In this document: one piece after another, positions 19,136 through 28,998 of the stretch
How positions within the stretch are numbered: the stretch's first letter is position 1
Layout of the letters: each line of letters begins with the position of its first letter
Source: an uncultured Bacillota bacterium
GTDB taxonomy: Bacteria; Bacillota; Dehalobacteriia; UBA7702
Direction: 5' to 3'
NCBI GenBank assembly: GCA_902796855.1
Contig: CADBQN010000006.1
Location: 892-64,891 of the forward strand
Length of the DNA: 64,000 nt
Notes under the pieces: model-generated
Told to the model about the DNA's origin: nothing
Database searches by the model: none
Seen by the model: the letters and a program-made list of their open reading frames with translations, nothing else
Translations under genes and position numbers: made by a program

Positions 19136-19840
19136 ATGAAGGATTTTATTCGCTTTGAGCAGGTGCAAAAGATCTACCGCATGGGAGAGGTGGAGATCCC
19201 CGCCCTCCGTGACGCCACCTTCACCATCGACGAGGGCGAGCTCTGCGTCATCGTCGGCCCCAGCGGCGCCGGGAAAACGACGCTTTTGAACATCCTCGGC
19301 GGCATGGACACGCTCAGCGGCGGCAGGGTCTTCCTCGGCGACAAGGAGATCTCCGCCTGCGGCGAAGGGGCGCTGACGGGCTACCGCCGCCACGAGATCG
19401 GCTTTGTCTTTCAGTTCTACAACCTCATCCCCAACCTGACGGCGCTGGAAAACATTGAACTCGCCGCGGAGATCTGCGATCACCCCCTCGACGCCGCGGA
19501 AGTCCTCGCCTCCGTGGGGCTGGCGGACCGCGCCGCCAATTTTCCCTCCCAGCTCTCCGGCGGGGAACAGCAGCGTGTCGCCATCGCCAGAGCGCTGGCG
19601 AAAAACCCCAAACTGCTTTTGTGCGACGAGCCCACCGGCGCTCTCGACGACCAAACGGGCAAGGCCGTCCTCGCGCTGCTGCAGGAAATGAGCCGGACGA
19701 AGCGGATGACGGTGGTCATCATCACCCACAACAGCGCCCTCACCGCCATGGCGGACCGGGTTATCACCGTCAGCAGCGGCGTCGTCACGAGCGTCACCAA
19801 GAACCCGTCGCCCGTTCCGGTGGAGGAGATCCAATGGTAA
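19136..19840 (+). CDS. ABC transporter ATP-binding protein (FtsE/MacB-like)
   Basis: Walker A GPSGAGKTT, 'LSGGEQQRVAIARAL', Walker B 'LLCDEPTGALD'; start ATG 19136 with GGAAGGA RBS; stop overlaps permease start (ATGGTAA). Confidence 0.85.
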   Translation: MKDFIRFEQVQKIYRMGEVEIPALRDATFTIDEGELCVIVGPSGAGKTTLLNILGGMDTLSGGRVFLGDKEISACGEGALTGYRRHEIGFVFQFYNLIPNLTALENIELAAEICDHPLDAAEVLASVGLADRAANFPSQLSGGEQQRVAIARALAKNPKLLLCDEPTGALDDQTGKAVLALLQEMSRTKRMTVVIITHNSALTAMADRVITVSSGVVTSVTKNPSPVPVEEIQW

Positions 19841-22800
19841 GAACGCTGACGAAATCCGCCCTCAGGGAGATCCGCCGCAGTCTGGGGCGGTTCCTGGCGG
19901 TGCTGGCCATCGTCGGCCTCGGCGTCGGTTTTTTCGCCGGGCTCCGCGTCTGCCAGCCCGCGATGATCGCCACCGGCCGCGATTACCTGGAAGAACAGAA
20001 TTTTTACGACTTCCGCCTGCTCTCGCCGCTGGGCCTTGACAAAGCGAACGTCAGCGCCCTGAACGGCGGCAACACCCGCGCCGAAGGCGCCTTTTTCGTC
20101 GATTTCCTCAGCGGCGAGGAAAAGCGGGAGATCGTTTTGAGGGCCCACTCCCTGACGGCGGAGATCAACAAACCCTTTGTCACCGCCGGGCGGCTGCCGC
20201 GAAAAACAGGCGAGTGCGCCGCCGACAGCCGCTATTACGGGCCCGAGGACATCGGCAGCGTCATCGCCGTCGCGGACGACAACGACAACGAGACCAAAAA
20301 AGCCCTGGCCTCGGAACGGTTCACAATCACCGGCCTCTGTCAGTCGCCGCTGTACCTGAACTACGAGCGCGGCTCCTCCTCTTTGGGGAACGGCACCGTC
20401 ACCGCCTTTCTCATCCTGACGCCGGAAGACTTCACCGACGAGGCCTTTCACGAAATCTACCTGACCACAGCGGCGGCCAAAAGCGCCTATACGGAAGAAT
20501 ACGACGACGCCATCGCCGCCGAAAAGAGCGGCGTCACCGCCGCCGCCGAGGAACAGGCCGCCCGCCGGTACGACAACATCCGCGGCGACGCCGAAGCGGA
20601 ACTGGCCGACGCCGAGGCGGAGCTGGCCGAAGGCCGCGACGCGTATGAAAAAGCCAAAGCGGAAAGCGAAAGCCGCCTCAGCGCCGCCAAGCGGGAGCTC
20701 GACCGCGGCGAAAAGGAGCTGAGAGACGGCATCCGCCGCTATGAGGAAGGAAAGCAGCAGCTGACCGAGGCGAAAGAACAGATACAAACGGCGGAAACGG
20801 CCCTGGCGGAGCAGGCCCCGGCGCTGGAAGAAGCCAAGGCCGCCCTCGACGCCGAAGGCGCGCCCCTCCTTGAGGCCGAAGCGGAGCTGAACGCGGCAAA
20901 AGCCGCCCTCGACAGCAAAAAAGCCGCTCTCGACAGCGCCGGCGAGGATGCCGACCCGGCGGAGACCGCCGCCTATGAAGAATCGCTCGCCGCCTGGCAG
21001 CGGGAGCGGGCCGCCTTCGAGGCCGCCGCCGCTCCCTACCGGGAGCAGGAGGCGAACTACAGCGCGGCAAAGGAACGGTACGACAGCGCCGTCTCCGAGC
21101 TGGAGCGGAACAAGGCGGAGCTGAGCCAAAGGGAAGCGGAACTCGCCGCGGCCCCGGCAAAAACCGCCGCCGCCCGGAAAAAGCTGGAGCGGGGACGCGC
21201 CGCTTATGAGGCCGGGAAAAAGACCGCCGCCAAAGAACTGGCCCGGGCCGAGGCGGAGCTGCAAGAGGCCGAAGACGACATCGCCGCCGGCTACGCGGAG
21301 CTGGACGATTTAGAGCAGGGCAAAGTCTATGTGCTGACCCGGGAGGAAAACACCGGCTATCGCTGTTTTGACAACGACACCGCCATCGTCGCCGCCATTT
21401 CCCTGATTTTTCCCGTCTTCTTCTTCCTCGTCGCCGCGCTGGTCTGCGCCACGACGATGACGCGGATGATCGAGGAACAGCGCGTCCAGATCGGCGTGCT
21501 GAAAGCGATGGGCTACGGCGAAGGCGCCATCACCGGCAAATACCTGCTCTACACCGGCAGCGCCGCCCTGACCGGCGCCGTCCTCGGCTTTGCCGTCGGC
21601 TGCCGGGCCATTCCGGGGCTGATCTGGCGCATCTACGCCATCATGTACGGCTTCGCGCCGCTGAAATACGTTTTTGACCTGCCTTTGGCCCTGGTCTCTC
21701 TCGCCGCGGCGCTGCTCTGCTCCGTGGGTTCCACCTACTTCGCCTGCCGCCGTTCCCTGCGCTGCCGGGCGGCGGAGCTGATCCGCCCAAAAGCGCCGAA
21801 AGCCGGCAAACGGGTCTTTCTGGAATACGTGACGCCGGTATGGAAGCGCCTGAGCTTCCTGCGAAAGGTCTCCGTCCGCGGCGTCTTCCGCTACCGCAGC
21901 CGGCTGATCCTGATGATCCTCGGCATCGGCGGCTGCACCGCCCTGCTGCTGACGGGGTTCGGCATCAGCAATTCCATCAAGAACATCGTCAACGACGAAT
22001 ACGAGGAGATCATCACCTACGAATACGACGTCGCCTTTGAGGACGCGCAGACCGAGGCGACTTTCGCCGCCTTTCTCGACGAAAACGGCATCGCCCCAGG
22101 CGACGGCCTTCGGGTCTGTTCCGCCGCCGCCGACGTCCGCGGCAAAAAGACGAAATCGGCGACGCTGATCGTCCCCGCCGACGGCAGCGTCGAAGGGTTC
22201 ATCTCCCTCCACCGCGGCGATGAGAAAATCCCGTTCCCCAAGACCGGTGAGGCCGTCATCAACGACGCTTTGGCCGAAGCCGCCGGCATCGGCGTCGGCG
22301 ACGAGATCAGCGTCGGCGAAAGCGACGGCGTCAAACTCACCGCCAAAGTCGCCGCCATCCACGACAATTACGTCTTTAACTACGTTTTCGTCTCGGCGGA
22401 CACCTACCGCCAGGGCTTCCACCGGGAGCCGAAGTACAAGAACGCCTTTCTGCTCCGAAACGGCGAAGAGGACGTCCGCGAACGCGCCGCCGACCTCGCC
22501 AAAGACGGGAACGTCCGCAGCGTCACCGTGAACAGCGACACGAGAGAGCGGATCAATCACACCCTCTCCCGCATGGATTACGTCGTGCTCCTCGTCGTGA
22601 TCTGCGCCGCGGCGCTGGCCTTTATCGTGCTTTACAACCTGACCAACATCAATATCACCGAACGGCTGAGGGAGATCGCCACCATCAAGGTGCTGGGCTT
22701 TTACCCCCGGGAGGTCAGCGCCTATGTCTTTCGGGAGATCAGCGTGCTTTCGGTCCTGGGCAGCCTCGCCGGGCTGCTGATGGGCAAGGGCCTCCACGCC

Positions 22801-22974
22801 TTTGTCATGTCGCGGATCAAGATCGACCTGATCCACTTCCCCTGCCGCATCTTCCCGATGAGCTACGTTCTGTCCTTCGCCATCACGCTGTTCTTTACCG
22901 CTCTCGTGGCCTTCGCCATCCGCTACAAGCTGAAACGGATCAACATGGCGGAATCGCTGAAATCCGTCGAATAA
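19834..22974 (+). CDS. Duplicated FtsX-like ABC permease with ~450 aa extracytoplasmic alanine/glutamate-rich coiled-coil insert
   Basis: Two FtsX 4-TM modules (~21380-21900 and ~22560-22970); 20500-21300 encodes AEAELA.../KAALD... heptad-like repeats; start ATG 19834 overlaps ATPase stop. Confidence 0.75.
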   Translation: MVRTLTKSALREIRRSLGRFLAVLAIVGLGVGFFAGLRVCQPAMIATGRDYLEEQNFYDFRLLSPLGLDKANVSALNGGNTRAEGAFFVDFLSGEEKREIVLRAHSLTAEINKPFVTAGRLPRKTGECAADSRYYGPEDIGSVIAVADDNDNETKKALASERFTITGLCQSPLYLNYERGSSSLGNGTVTAFLILTPEDFTDEAFHEIYLTTAAAKSAYTEEYDDAIAAEKSGVTAAAEEQAARRYDNIRGDAEAELADAEAELAEGRDAYEKAKAESESRLSAAKRELDRGEKELRDGIRRYEEGKQQLTEAKEQIQTAETALAEQAPALEEAKAALDAEGAPLLEAEAELNAAKAALDSKKAALDSAGEDADPAETAAYEESLAAWQRERAAFEAAAAPYREQEANYSAAKERYDSAVSELERNKAELSQREAELAAAPAKTAAARKKLERGRAAYEAGKKTAAKELARAEAELQEAEDDIAAGYAELDDLEQGKVYVLTREENTGYRCFDNDTAIVAAISLIFPVFFFLVAALVCATTMTRMIEEQRVQIGVLKAMGYGEGAITGKYLLYTGSAALTGAVLGFAVGCRAIPGLIWRIYAIMYGFAPLKYVFDLPLALVSLAAALLCSVGSTYFACRRSLRCRAAELIRPKAPKAGKRVFLEYVTPVWKRLSFLRKVSVRGVFRYRSRLILMILGIGGCTALLLTGFGISNSIKNIVNDEYEEIITYEYDVAFEDAQTEATFAAFLDENGIAPGDGLRVCSAAADVRGKKTKSATLIVPADGSVEGFISLHRGDEKIPFPKTGEAVINDALAEAAGIGVGDEISVGESDGVKLTAKVAAIHDNYVFNYVFVSADTYRQGFHREPKYKNAFLLRNGEEDVRERAADLAKDGNVRSVTVNSDTRERINHTLSRMDYVVLLVVICAAALAFIVLYNLTNINITERLREIATIKVLGFYPREVSAYVFREISVLSVLGSLAGLLMGKGLHAFVMSRIKIDLIHFPCRIFPMSYVLSFAITLFFTALVAFAIRYKLKRINMAESLKSVE

Positions 22975-22981
22975 ACAAAAA

Positions 22982-23024
22982 GCCCCGGACCGAAAGGGAA
23001 CGTTTCCCTTGTTCGGCCGGGGCC
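22982..23024. terminator. Bidirectional nested-hairpin terminator between convergent FtsX and acyl-CoA ligase genes
   Basis: gccccggaccgaa[agggaacgtttccct]tgttcggccggggc. Confidence 0.55.
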
Positions 23025-23038
23025 TTCTTATATCGCCG

Positions 23039-24763
23039 TCACTCCGCGGCGGCGCTGTATTTCGCTTCTTCCTCCTCTTCCAGCCGGCGGTAGGCCACCT
23101 TGCCGACGAGGGTCTTGGGGAGTTCCTCCCGGAACTCGATTTCCTTGGGCAGGGCGTATTTGGCGATGTGTTTGCGGCAGTAGGCCATCAGCTCTTCCCG
23201 TGTCTCTTCCGTCGCCGGAACGTCGGGCTTGAGCATGACAAAGACCTTCACCGCCCGCATCTTATAGGGATCGGGCACGCCGATGACGCAGCTCATGTGG
23301 ATCTTCTCGTGGGCGTCGAGAATGTTTTCCAGCTGAGCGGGGTAGACGTTGTAGCCGCTGGTGACAATCATGCGCTTGGCGCGGCCCTTAAAGTAGATAA
23401 AGCCCTCGCTGTCCATAAAGCCGAGGTCGCCGGTGTAGACCCAGGTCAGGCCGTCGCCGTGGCGGCGCAGCGTCTTGGCCGTCTCCTCGGGGTGGTTGAT
23501 GTATTCCCGCATCACCGTGGGGCCCGCCAGCAGGATCTCCCCTTCCTCGCCGCAGGGCAGTTCCTCGTCGCTGTCGGGGCGGACGATCTTGATGTAGGTA
23601 TCGGGGAAGGGCAGGCCGATGCTCCCCTCCTTCGCCATGTGGGGCGGCGTGAGGCAGCAGGCCGTTACCGTCTCCGTGGTGCCGTAGCCCTCGCGGATCT
23701 GAACGGTGGCGCGGTGGTCGTAGAGAAAGCGGTCGAATTTCTTTTTCAGCTCCACGCTGAGGGAGTCGCCGCCGGAAAAGACCCCTTTCAGACAGCTGAG
23801 GTCGGCGCCGTTCATGTCGGGGATGCGCAGCAGCGCCTCGTAGAGCGTGGGCACCCCGGCGATGAAGTTGCAGCGGTATTTCGTGATCAGCTTGGCGTAG
23901 CTCTTCGCCGTGAACCGGGGCACAAGGATGCAGCGTCCCCCCTGGGAGAGCATCGTATGGACGCAGACACCGAGGCCAAAGCCGTGGAAGAGGGGCATCG
24001 CCGCCAGCATTTTGTCGCCGGGGCGGAACATCGGGTTCGCCGCCACGACCTGCTCGCCCAGGGCGTTGAAATTGCCGTTGGTCAGCAGGATCCCTTTGGT
24101 CTTGCCGGTGGTGCCGCCGGAATAGAGGATCACCGCCGGGTCGTCGGCTTTTCGCTCCACCTTGTAATTCCAGAAGCAGGAGCGGCCCAGCCGCATAAAT
24201 TCCTGCCAGCGGATGACCGGGGCGTCGTCGGGGATCTTGCGGATCTTCCGTCCCTCGGTCAGCATGTAGCCGGCTTTCACCGGCCGGGAGAGGGCGTCCT
24301 TCACCCGGGCCAGAACGATGTTGACGACGGGGGTGTTCTGCCGCACCGCCTCGAATTTATGATAGAACTGGTCCAAAGTGACGACGGTGACGCTCTGCGA
24401 CTCGTTGAGATAGAACTCGATCTCCTTTTCGGCGGAGAGGGGGTGGATCATGTTGCAGACGCCGCCGACGAGGTTGACGGCGTAGAACATATACGTCGCC
24501 TGGGGACAGTTGGGCATCGCGATGGTCACGCGGTCGTTCTCGCGGATGCCGATGGTCTTGAGGCTCCTGGCGCAGCGCTGGATCTCGTGGATCATCTGCC
24601 GGTACGTCGTGGAGCGGCCCATGAAGTCGAAGGCCACCTGATTGGGATAGGTCTCGGCGATCCGGGCGACGGCGTCGTACATGGAGCCTTCGGCGTATTC
24701 CAGATGATCGGGGATATCGCCCAGGGAAGAGAGCCAGGGGCGTTTCGCGGTGATTTCACTCAT
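23039..24763 (-). CDS. AMP-dependent synthetase/ligase (acyl- or aryl-CoA ligase)
   Basis: 'ILYSGGTTGKTKGILLTNGN' AMP-binding core; 'YTGDLGFMDSEGFIYFKGRAKRMI' and 'LPKTLVGKV' C-terminal motifs. Confidence 0.85.
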   Translation of the reverse strand: MSEITAKRPWLSSLGDIPDHLEYAEGSMYDAVARIAETYPNQVAFDFMGRSTTYRQMIHEIQRCARSLKTIGIRENDRVTIAMPNCPQATYMFYAVNLVGGVCNMIHPLSAEKEIEFYLNESQSVTVVTLDQFYHKFEAVRQNTPVVNIVLARVKDALSRPVKAGYMLTEGRKIRKIPDDAPVIRWQEFMRLGRSCFWNYKVERKADDPAVILYSGGTTGKTKGILLTNGNFNALGEQVVAANPMFRPGDKMLAAMPLFHGFGLGVCVHTMLSQGGRCILVPRFTAKSYAKLITKYRCNFIAGVPTLYEALLRIPDMNGADLSCLKGVFSGGDSLSVELKKKFDRFLYDHRATVQIREGYGTTETVTACCLTPPHMAKEGSIGLPFPDTYIKIVRPDSDEELPCGEEGEILLAGPTVMREYINHPEETAKTLRRHGDGLTWVYTGDLGFMDSEGFIYFKGRAKRMIVTSGYNVYPAQLENILDAHEKIHMSCVIGVPDPYKMRAVKVFVMLKPDVPATEETREELMAYCRKHIAKYALPKEIEFREELPKTLVGKVAYRRLEEEEEAKYSAAAE

Positions 24764-25629
24764 CAGTATTCAACCTCCTCCGCCAGGGGTTTTTCAAGAA
24801 GCTCCGGGTGTTCCAGCAGGGTTTTCAAAAGCCGCACCGATTTCGCGTAGTAGTAGCCGTCGGCCAGCCGCTCGTCGATGGTGAGCCCCAGATCAACGGT
24901 GTCCTTCATCTCAAAGCCGCCGTCAGCGTCAAAAAAGGGACGGTGGGCGCGCTCCCCGACGAGGCAGAAGAGGGAGCACGTCCCCCAGTTCGTCAAGTGG
25001 TGGTAGCCGCTTTTCAGCCTGATGGAACCCACGTTGGACAGCACCACCGAGGCGTAGTAGGGGTCGCTGGCCACAAAGCTTTGGGGCACCCGGCCGTGAC
25101 GGTCGAGGAACATCACAAAATGAACAAAGGCCTTGCAGAGGCCGCGGGGGAGCTTGCTGATGAGATCCATGCTCTCGCTGGTATCGTCGTGGGAGCCCTC
25201 CTTCCGGCAGTCGGTGATGATCTTCCGCAGCTCTTCGTGGATGGTATCGACGGTGTCTTCGCCCTTCAGGTGCAGAAAGGCCAGTCCCTCCTCGCTTTCG
25301 TCGTTGAAGCGCTTTTTCACGACAAAGGCGGCGGAGACTTCATTGCGCTGGTAGAAATTGCCGTTGACGATGAAGCGGTTCAGCTTTGGCCGCAGCGTGA
25401 TGGTCTTGACGACAGCGGTGACGATCAGGTGGAACATCGTATAGGGAAAGTCCTCGCCCTCGTTCTTTTGGGCCAGATAGGCGTTGACCGGCGTCAGGTC
25501 GATCCGTTCGGAGATGTACGCTTCGTTGTCGCAGCGGTTGGGGTAGATGATCCCCGTAAAAAAATGAAGAGGGTCGAGGTCACGGATGAGTGTCCCGTCC
25601 CTGCGATCCCCCCTGTGCCGTTTTGCCAT
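24763..25629 (-). CDS. Stand-alone E2/CAT-fold acyltransferase-like protein (2-oxoacid dehydrogenase E2 catalytic-domain homolog) with His->Glu in the DHRxxDG motif
   Basis: C-terminus 'LTIDERLADGYYYAKSVRLLKTLLEHPELL' aligns to the E2 'SxDHRxIDGAxAARFLxxLKxLLExPxxLL' block; stop/start overlaps downstream ligase. Confidence 0.55.
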   Translation of the reverse strand: MAKRHRGDRRDGTLIRDLDPLHFFTGIIYPNRCDNEAYISERIDLTPVNAYLAQKNEGEDFPYTMFHLIVTAVVKTITLRPKLNRFIVNGNFYQRNEVSAAFVVKKRFNDESEEGLAFLHLKGEDTVDTIHEELRKIITDCRKEGSHDDTSESMDLISKLPRGLCKAFVHFVMFLDRHGRVPQSFVASDPYYASVVLSNVGSIRLKSGYHHLTNWGTCSLFCLVGERAHRPFFDADGGFEMKDTVDLGLTIDERLADGYYYAKSVRLLKTLLEHPELLEKPLAEEVEY

Positions 25630-25803
25630 AATTCCTCCTTGCGGTGAGAATAACTGCTCCCGGCCGGAGGCAGCCCCTCCCGGCCGATGAAAAAAGAATA
25701 ACTAATCAATTCTTCCTCATTATATACCATTTTTTCCGATTTTAAAAGCCCCTTTCGGCGAAGTTTCGACAACTTTCGCGAAAGGGGCCCGGAAAAGGAG
25801 CGG

Positions 25804-26223
25804 TTATTTCAGGCGCAGATTCGCGGAGCGGACCCAGCCTTTGTACCCGGCGTAAACAACCAGCGCCGAACCTCGCTCCGGATCGGTGCGCAGAACCGTC
25901 ACGAACCGCCTTTCGGGAATCATCAGCACCTGAACGTTGCGCCTCGCGTCGCGGAACATCCAGATATCGGCGGCGGGCACCGCCGTGATCCGCTTTTCAC
26001 CGGGAGCCGCCGGGGGACGTTTCGCCGCCGTGTCGTCCACCAGCGGCGCGCCGGTTTCGGTGATGGTGACGGTCATTCCCTCAAACAGGCTTTCCTCGAA
26101 CCGCAGCAGCGGCGGAGCGGCGGACAGAGCGGAGTCCCCTTCCCCGGACGGCGCGGCGCAAACGGCGGCGCTCAGGGCAAAAAGGAGCAGCGTAAAGCAG
26201 CAAACGGCAAACGGTTTTTTCAT
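25804..26223 (-). CDS. Secreted hypothetical protein
   Basis: Signal peptide MKKPFAVCCFTLLLFALSAAVCAA; start ATG 26223 with GGAGG RBS. Confidence 0.5.
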   Translation of the reverse strand: MKKPFAVCCFTLLLFALSAAVCAAPSGEGDSALSAAPPLLRFEESLFEGMTVTITETGAPLVDDTAAKRPPAAPGEKRITAVPAADIWMFRDARRNVQVLMIPERRFVTVLRTDPERGSALVVYAGYKGWVRSANLRLK

Positions 26224-26465
26224 GGCGGCCTCCGGTTCGTTTTTCCGCGGCGGCCGTGCCGACAAACGGCACGGTCACACTTTCCACATTATAAAATATC
26301 ATATACGATATTTTACCGTTTTTCAGTGAAGAACCGGTCAAAGCCGCCGTCAGGAACGGCGTTTTTTTCTTGTATTTATCCTGCCCGCGTCAGGCGCCGA
26401 AAAGCCCCCCGCCGCGAAGGTACGGCCTCCTTCGCGAAAGGGGGCTTTGCCTTTAAAGACAGCGC

Positions 26466-27149
26466 TCACCCGCTGAAGCTGTCCACCAAAACCTCTTTAT
26501 ACTGCTGATAGTAGGCTTGGAAGTCTTCGTTTATATCGGGGCTGTACATCGACCGCTCCCGGGAAAGTGAATTCCGATTCCTTTTTTTCGCTTCCTCCGC
26601 CACTTTTCGCGTGAGGTATTCCTCATACTTTTTCTGCCGCAGCTTGCCGGCGTACAGCGTCCTCTCAAAAGCGGGGCGATACGCCTCAAAGTACGCGTCC
26701 TCATCCATGCCCATGGCCCGCAGATAGGCGTCAAAGCCGTTGTTCCCGTCTTCGGCGCGGAGAGAGCGCAGGTTCTCCCTTTGCGCCAGAATAAAATCGT
26801 CAAGCTCCGCTTCCGTCACCGTCAGCCCTTCGGCGATGGATTCCTCCTTCACCAGAACCGAAAACAGAATCTCCTTTCGCGCCTCTTCCGGAGTATACAT
26901 CCCGGAACGGACATACCAGTCGACGGACTGAGGATAGTATTCGGTATAGATCACCTTCCCGTCTTCGATACGGAGCGGGCCCGCCGCCGGATCATAATCC
27001 GCCATGGCCGCGCCGGCCATACCGTAATCCGTTTCCGGGAGCATGGTCTCTCCCGGAGCCTTCGTGTGGCGCAAAAAATCGACGGCAACGGAAAGAGCCG
27101 CGGCGGAAACGCAGAGGAGCAAAAGGATCCAAACGCTGTATTTTGACAT
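26466..27149 (-). CDS. N-terminally membrane-anchored hypothetical protein
   Basis: MSKYSVWILLLLCVSAAALSVAVDFL signal/anchor; acidic, Tyr-rich ectodomain. Confidence 0.45.
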   Translation of the reverse strand: MSKYSVWILLLLCVSAAALSVAVDFLRHTKAPGETMLPETDYGMAGAAMADYDPAAGPLRIEDGKVIYTEYYPQSVDWYVRSGMYTPEEARKEILFSVLVKEESIAEGLTVTEAELDDFILAQRENLRSLRAEDGNNGFDAYLRAMGMDEDAYFEAYRPAFERTLYAGKLRQKKYEEYLTRKVAEEAKKRNRNSLSRERSMYSPDINEDFQAYYQQYKEVLVDSFSG

Positions 27150-27193
27150 GATTACCTCCTAAAAACGCTGTCCGGCCGCGGAACGCGGCGGAC

Positions 27194-28759
27194 TCAGTAA
27201 GATTTTGAGCGGGAGAAGAAACCGCCGAGCATCGACCCGATGACGCTTCCTTGGGGGCTTTCGTAGGGGCGGCCGCCGAGAATCAGCCCTTCCGTCCGGA
27301 GCTTGCCGAGGTCATCCGGGGCGGTCTCGTAAGGGTTGGCCGAGAGGATCGCCATATCGGCGATCTTGCCCGGTTCGAGGCTGCCCCGCTCCTTTTCGTC
27401 AAAGGAGGCGTAACAGCCGTTGTAGGTGCACATCCTGAGGGCGTCGCGGACGGAGACGGATTCCGCGCCGTTGTTCACCGCCCGTTCCAGCCAGAGGAAG
27501 GGATCCGGGGCGGTGCAGGGGGCGTCGGAGCCGAAGGAGACGACGATACCGTTGTCGCGGAACGTCCGCAGGGGGTTGAGCCGGGCGGTCCGCTCCGCGC
27601 CGAGGATCTTCACGAGGTATTCGTCGGGCTCCTGCTTCCAGCGGATGAAAGCGCTCTGCACCGGCATCTGGATGTGATAGTCGCGGCAGATGGCGATGCC
27701 TTCTTCCGTCGGCAGACAGTCGTGGATGATGCCGTGGCGGTGGTCGTCCCGGGGGAAATCCTCCAAAGCGGCGCGGAGGGCCCGGGCGGCCTGGTCAAAG
27801 GCTTTGTCGCCGATGGCGTGCATCTCGATCTGCAGCCCGGCCCGGTTCGCCTCTTTGCAGAACGCGGTGACCTTTTCGTCGCTGTAATAGAGCACGCCGT
27901 CGCCGCCGAGGTCGTCGGCGTAGGGCTCGTTCAGCGCCGCGTCGTGGGAGCCGAAACAGCCGTCGAGGGCGCACTCAAAGCAGCCGCCGATCCGCGGCAG
28001 GCGGCGGCCCGTGGCCACCGACACCTTCATCGACTGGGGAAAGACCCTAAGCTGAAAGCCGTTGTTCAGCGATTTGGCGAAGACCTTCTCAAAGGTGATG
28101 TCGAGGTTCCCGGTGAAACCGACGCCGCTGACGGTGTGCACCATGCCGATGCCGCGGGCGGCCATGAAGTCCGCGGCGGCGCGCATATCGGCAAAGAGCT
28201 CCACCAGCGACAGGGAGCTCGTGATGTCGTCGGAAAAGCGGAAAAAGGCCTCCTGATTCATTTCGCCGCTGTCCGGGTGAAAGCCGCGGAGGCGCTTCAC
28301 CTTGGCTTCCATCCGTTTCAGCAGCTTTGTGTTGACGACGCAGGCGTGGCCGTCGTATTTCACCACCATGATCTCGCGGTCGGGGCAGACCATATCCAGC
28401 TCTTCCCGGCGGATGAGCCGCCGCTCCGAGACGGAATAGGGCGACGCGCCGAAGGCGATGAGCTTTTTCCGCCGGGAGCGGGAGACGAACTCCCGGATCA
28501 TCGCGGCGATCTCCGCGTTGGAGGCGGCGTCCATAACGTTGAGCCCGGCCTGGAACGTGGAGAACGACGCGAAGTGCTGATGCGTATCGACGAACGCCGG
28601 CACCAGCGCCTTTTCTCCCAAATCCGTCACACCGCTATGACGGTACCGCTCCGGCAACTCGTCGCCGACGAAGACGATTCTGCCGCCGTCCTCCACCAAA
28701 AAGCGGCGGACGCTGTCTTCCGCGTCGACGGTCAGGATCGTTCCCTGATAGCATTTCAT
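27194..28759 (-). CDS. Amidohydrolase-family metal-dependent hydrolase (Amidohydro_3-like)
   Basis: 521 aa; N-terminal 'ALVPAFVDTHQHF' metal-binding HxH; distal 'GSDAP' block. Confidence 0.75.
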   Translation of the reverse strand: MKCYQGTILTVDAEDSVRRFLVEDGGRIVFVGDELPERYRHSGVTDLGEKALVPAFVDTHQHFASFSTFQAGLNVMDAASNAEIAAMIREFVSRSRRKKLIAFGASPYSVSERRLIRREELDMVCPDREIMVVKYDGHACVVNTKLLKRMEAKVKRLRGFHPDSGEMNQEAFFRFSDDITSSLSLVELFADMRAAADFMAARGIGMVHTVSGVGFTGNLDITFEKVFAKSLNNGFQLRVFPQSMKVSVATGRRLPRIGGCFECALDGCFGSHDAALNEPYADDLGGDGVLYYSDEKVTAFCKEANRAGLQIEMHAIGDKAFDQAARALRAALEDFPRDDHRHGIIHDCLPTEEGIAICRDYHIQMPVQSAFIRWKQEPDEYLVKILGAERTARLNPLRTFRDNGIVVSFGSDAPCTAPDPFLWLERAVNNGAESVSVRDALRMCTYNGCYASFDEKERGSLEPGKIADMAILSANPYETAPDDLGKLRTEGLILGGRPYESPQGSVIGSMLGGFFSRSKSY

Positions 28760-28998
28760 TTCAATTCCCCCGTATCTTTTTCGGGCGCGCCCGATTTTTT
28801 TATCGGCTTAAACGTACCACATCCGCGGCATCGTGTCAACGACGGCGCCGGGAAAAAGCCATGTATTTTACGCATATTTTTTCATCCCCCTGTGATTTCC
28901 TATTGAAATCGCCGCTGAAATGCGGTAAAATGATGGTGTCGAAGTGTATCAAATGAGATGCCGACATCTCAATTTTTTCGGGAATAAAGGAGAAGTGT

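Noticed and set aside
19621-19833. Upstream extension of the FtsX permease ORF (1117 aa in track)
   Set aside because: The extension overlaps the ATPase gene in another frame and encodes Arg/His-rich junk. The real start is ATG 19834, overlapping the ATPase stop.
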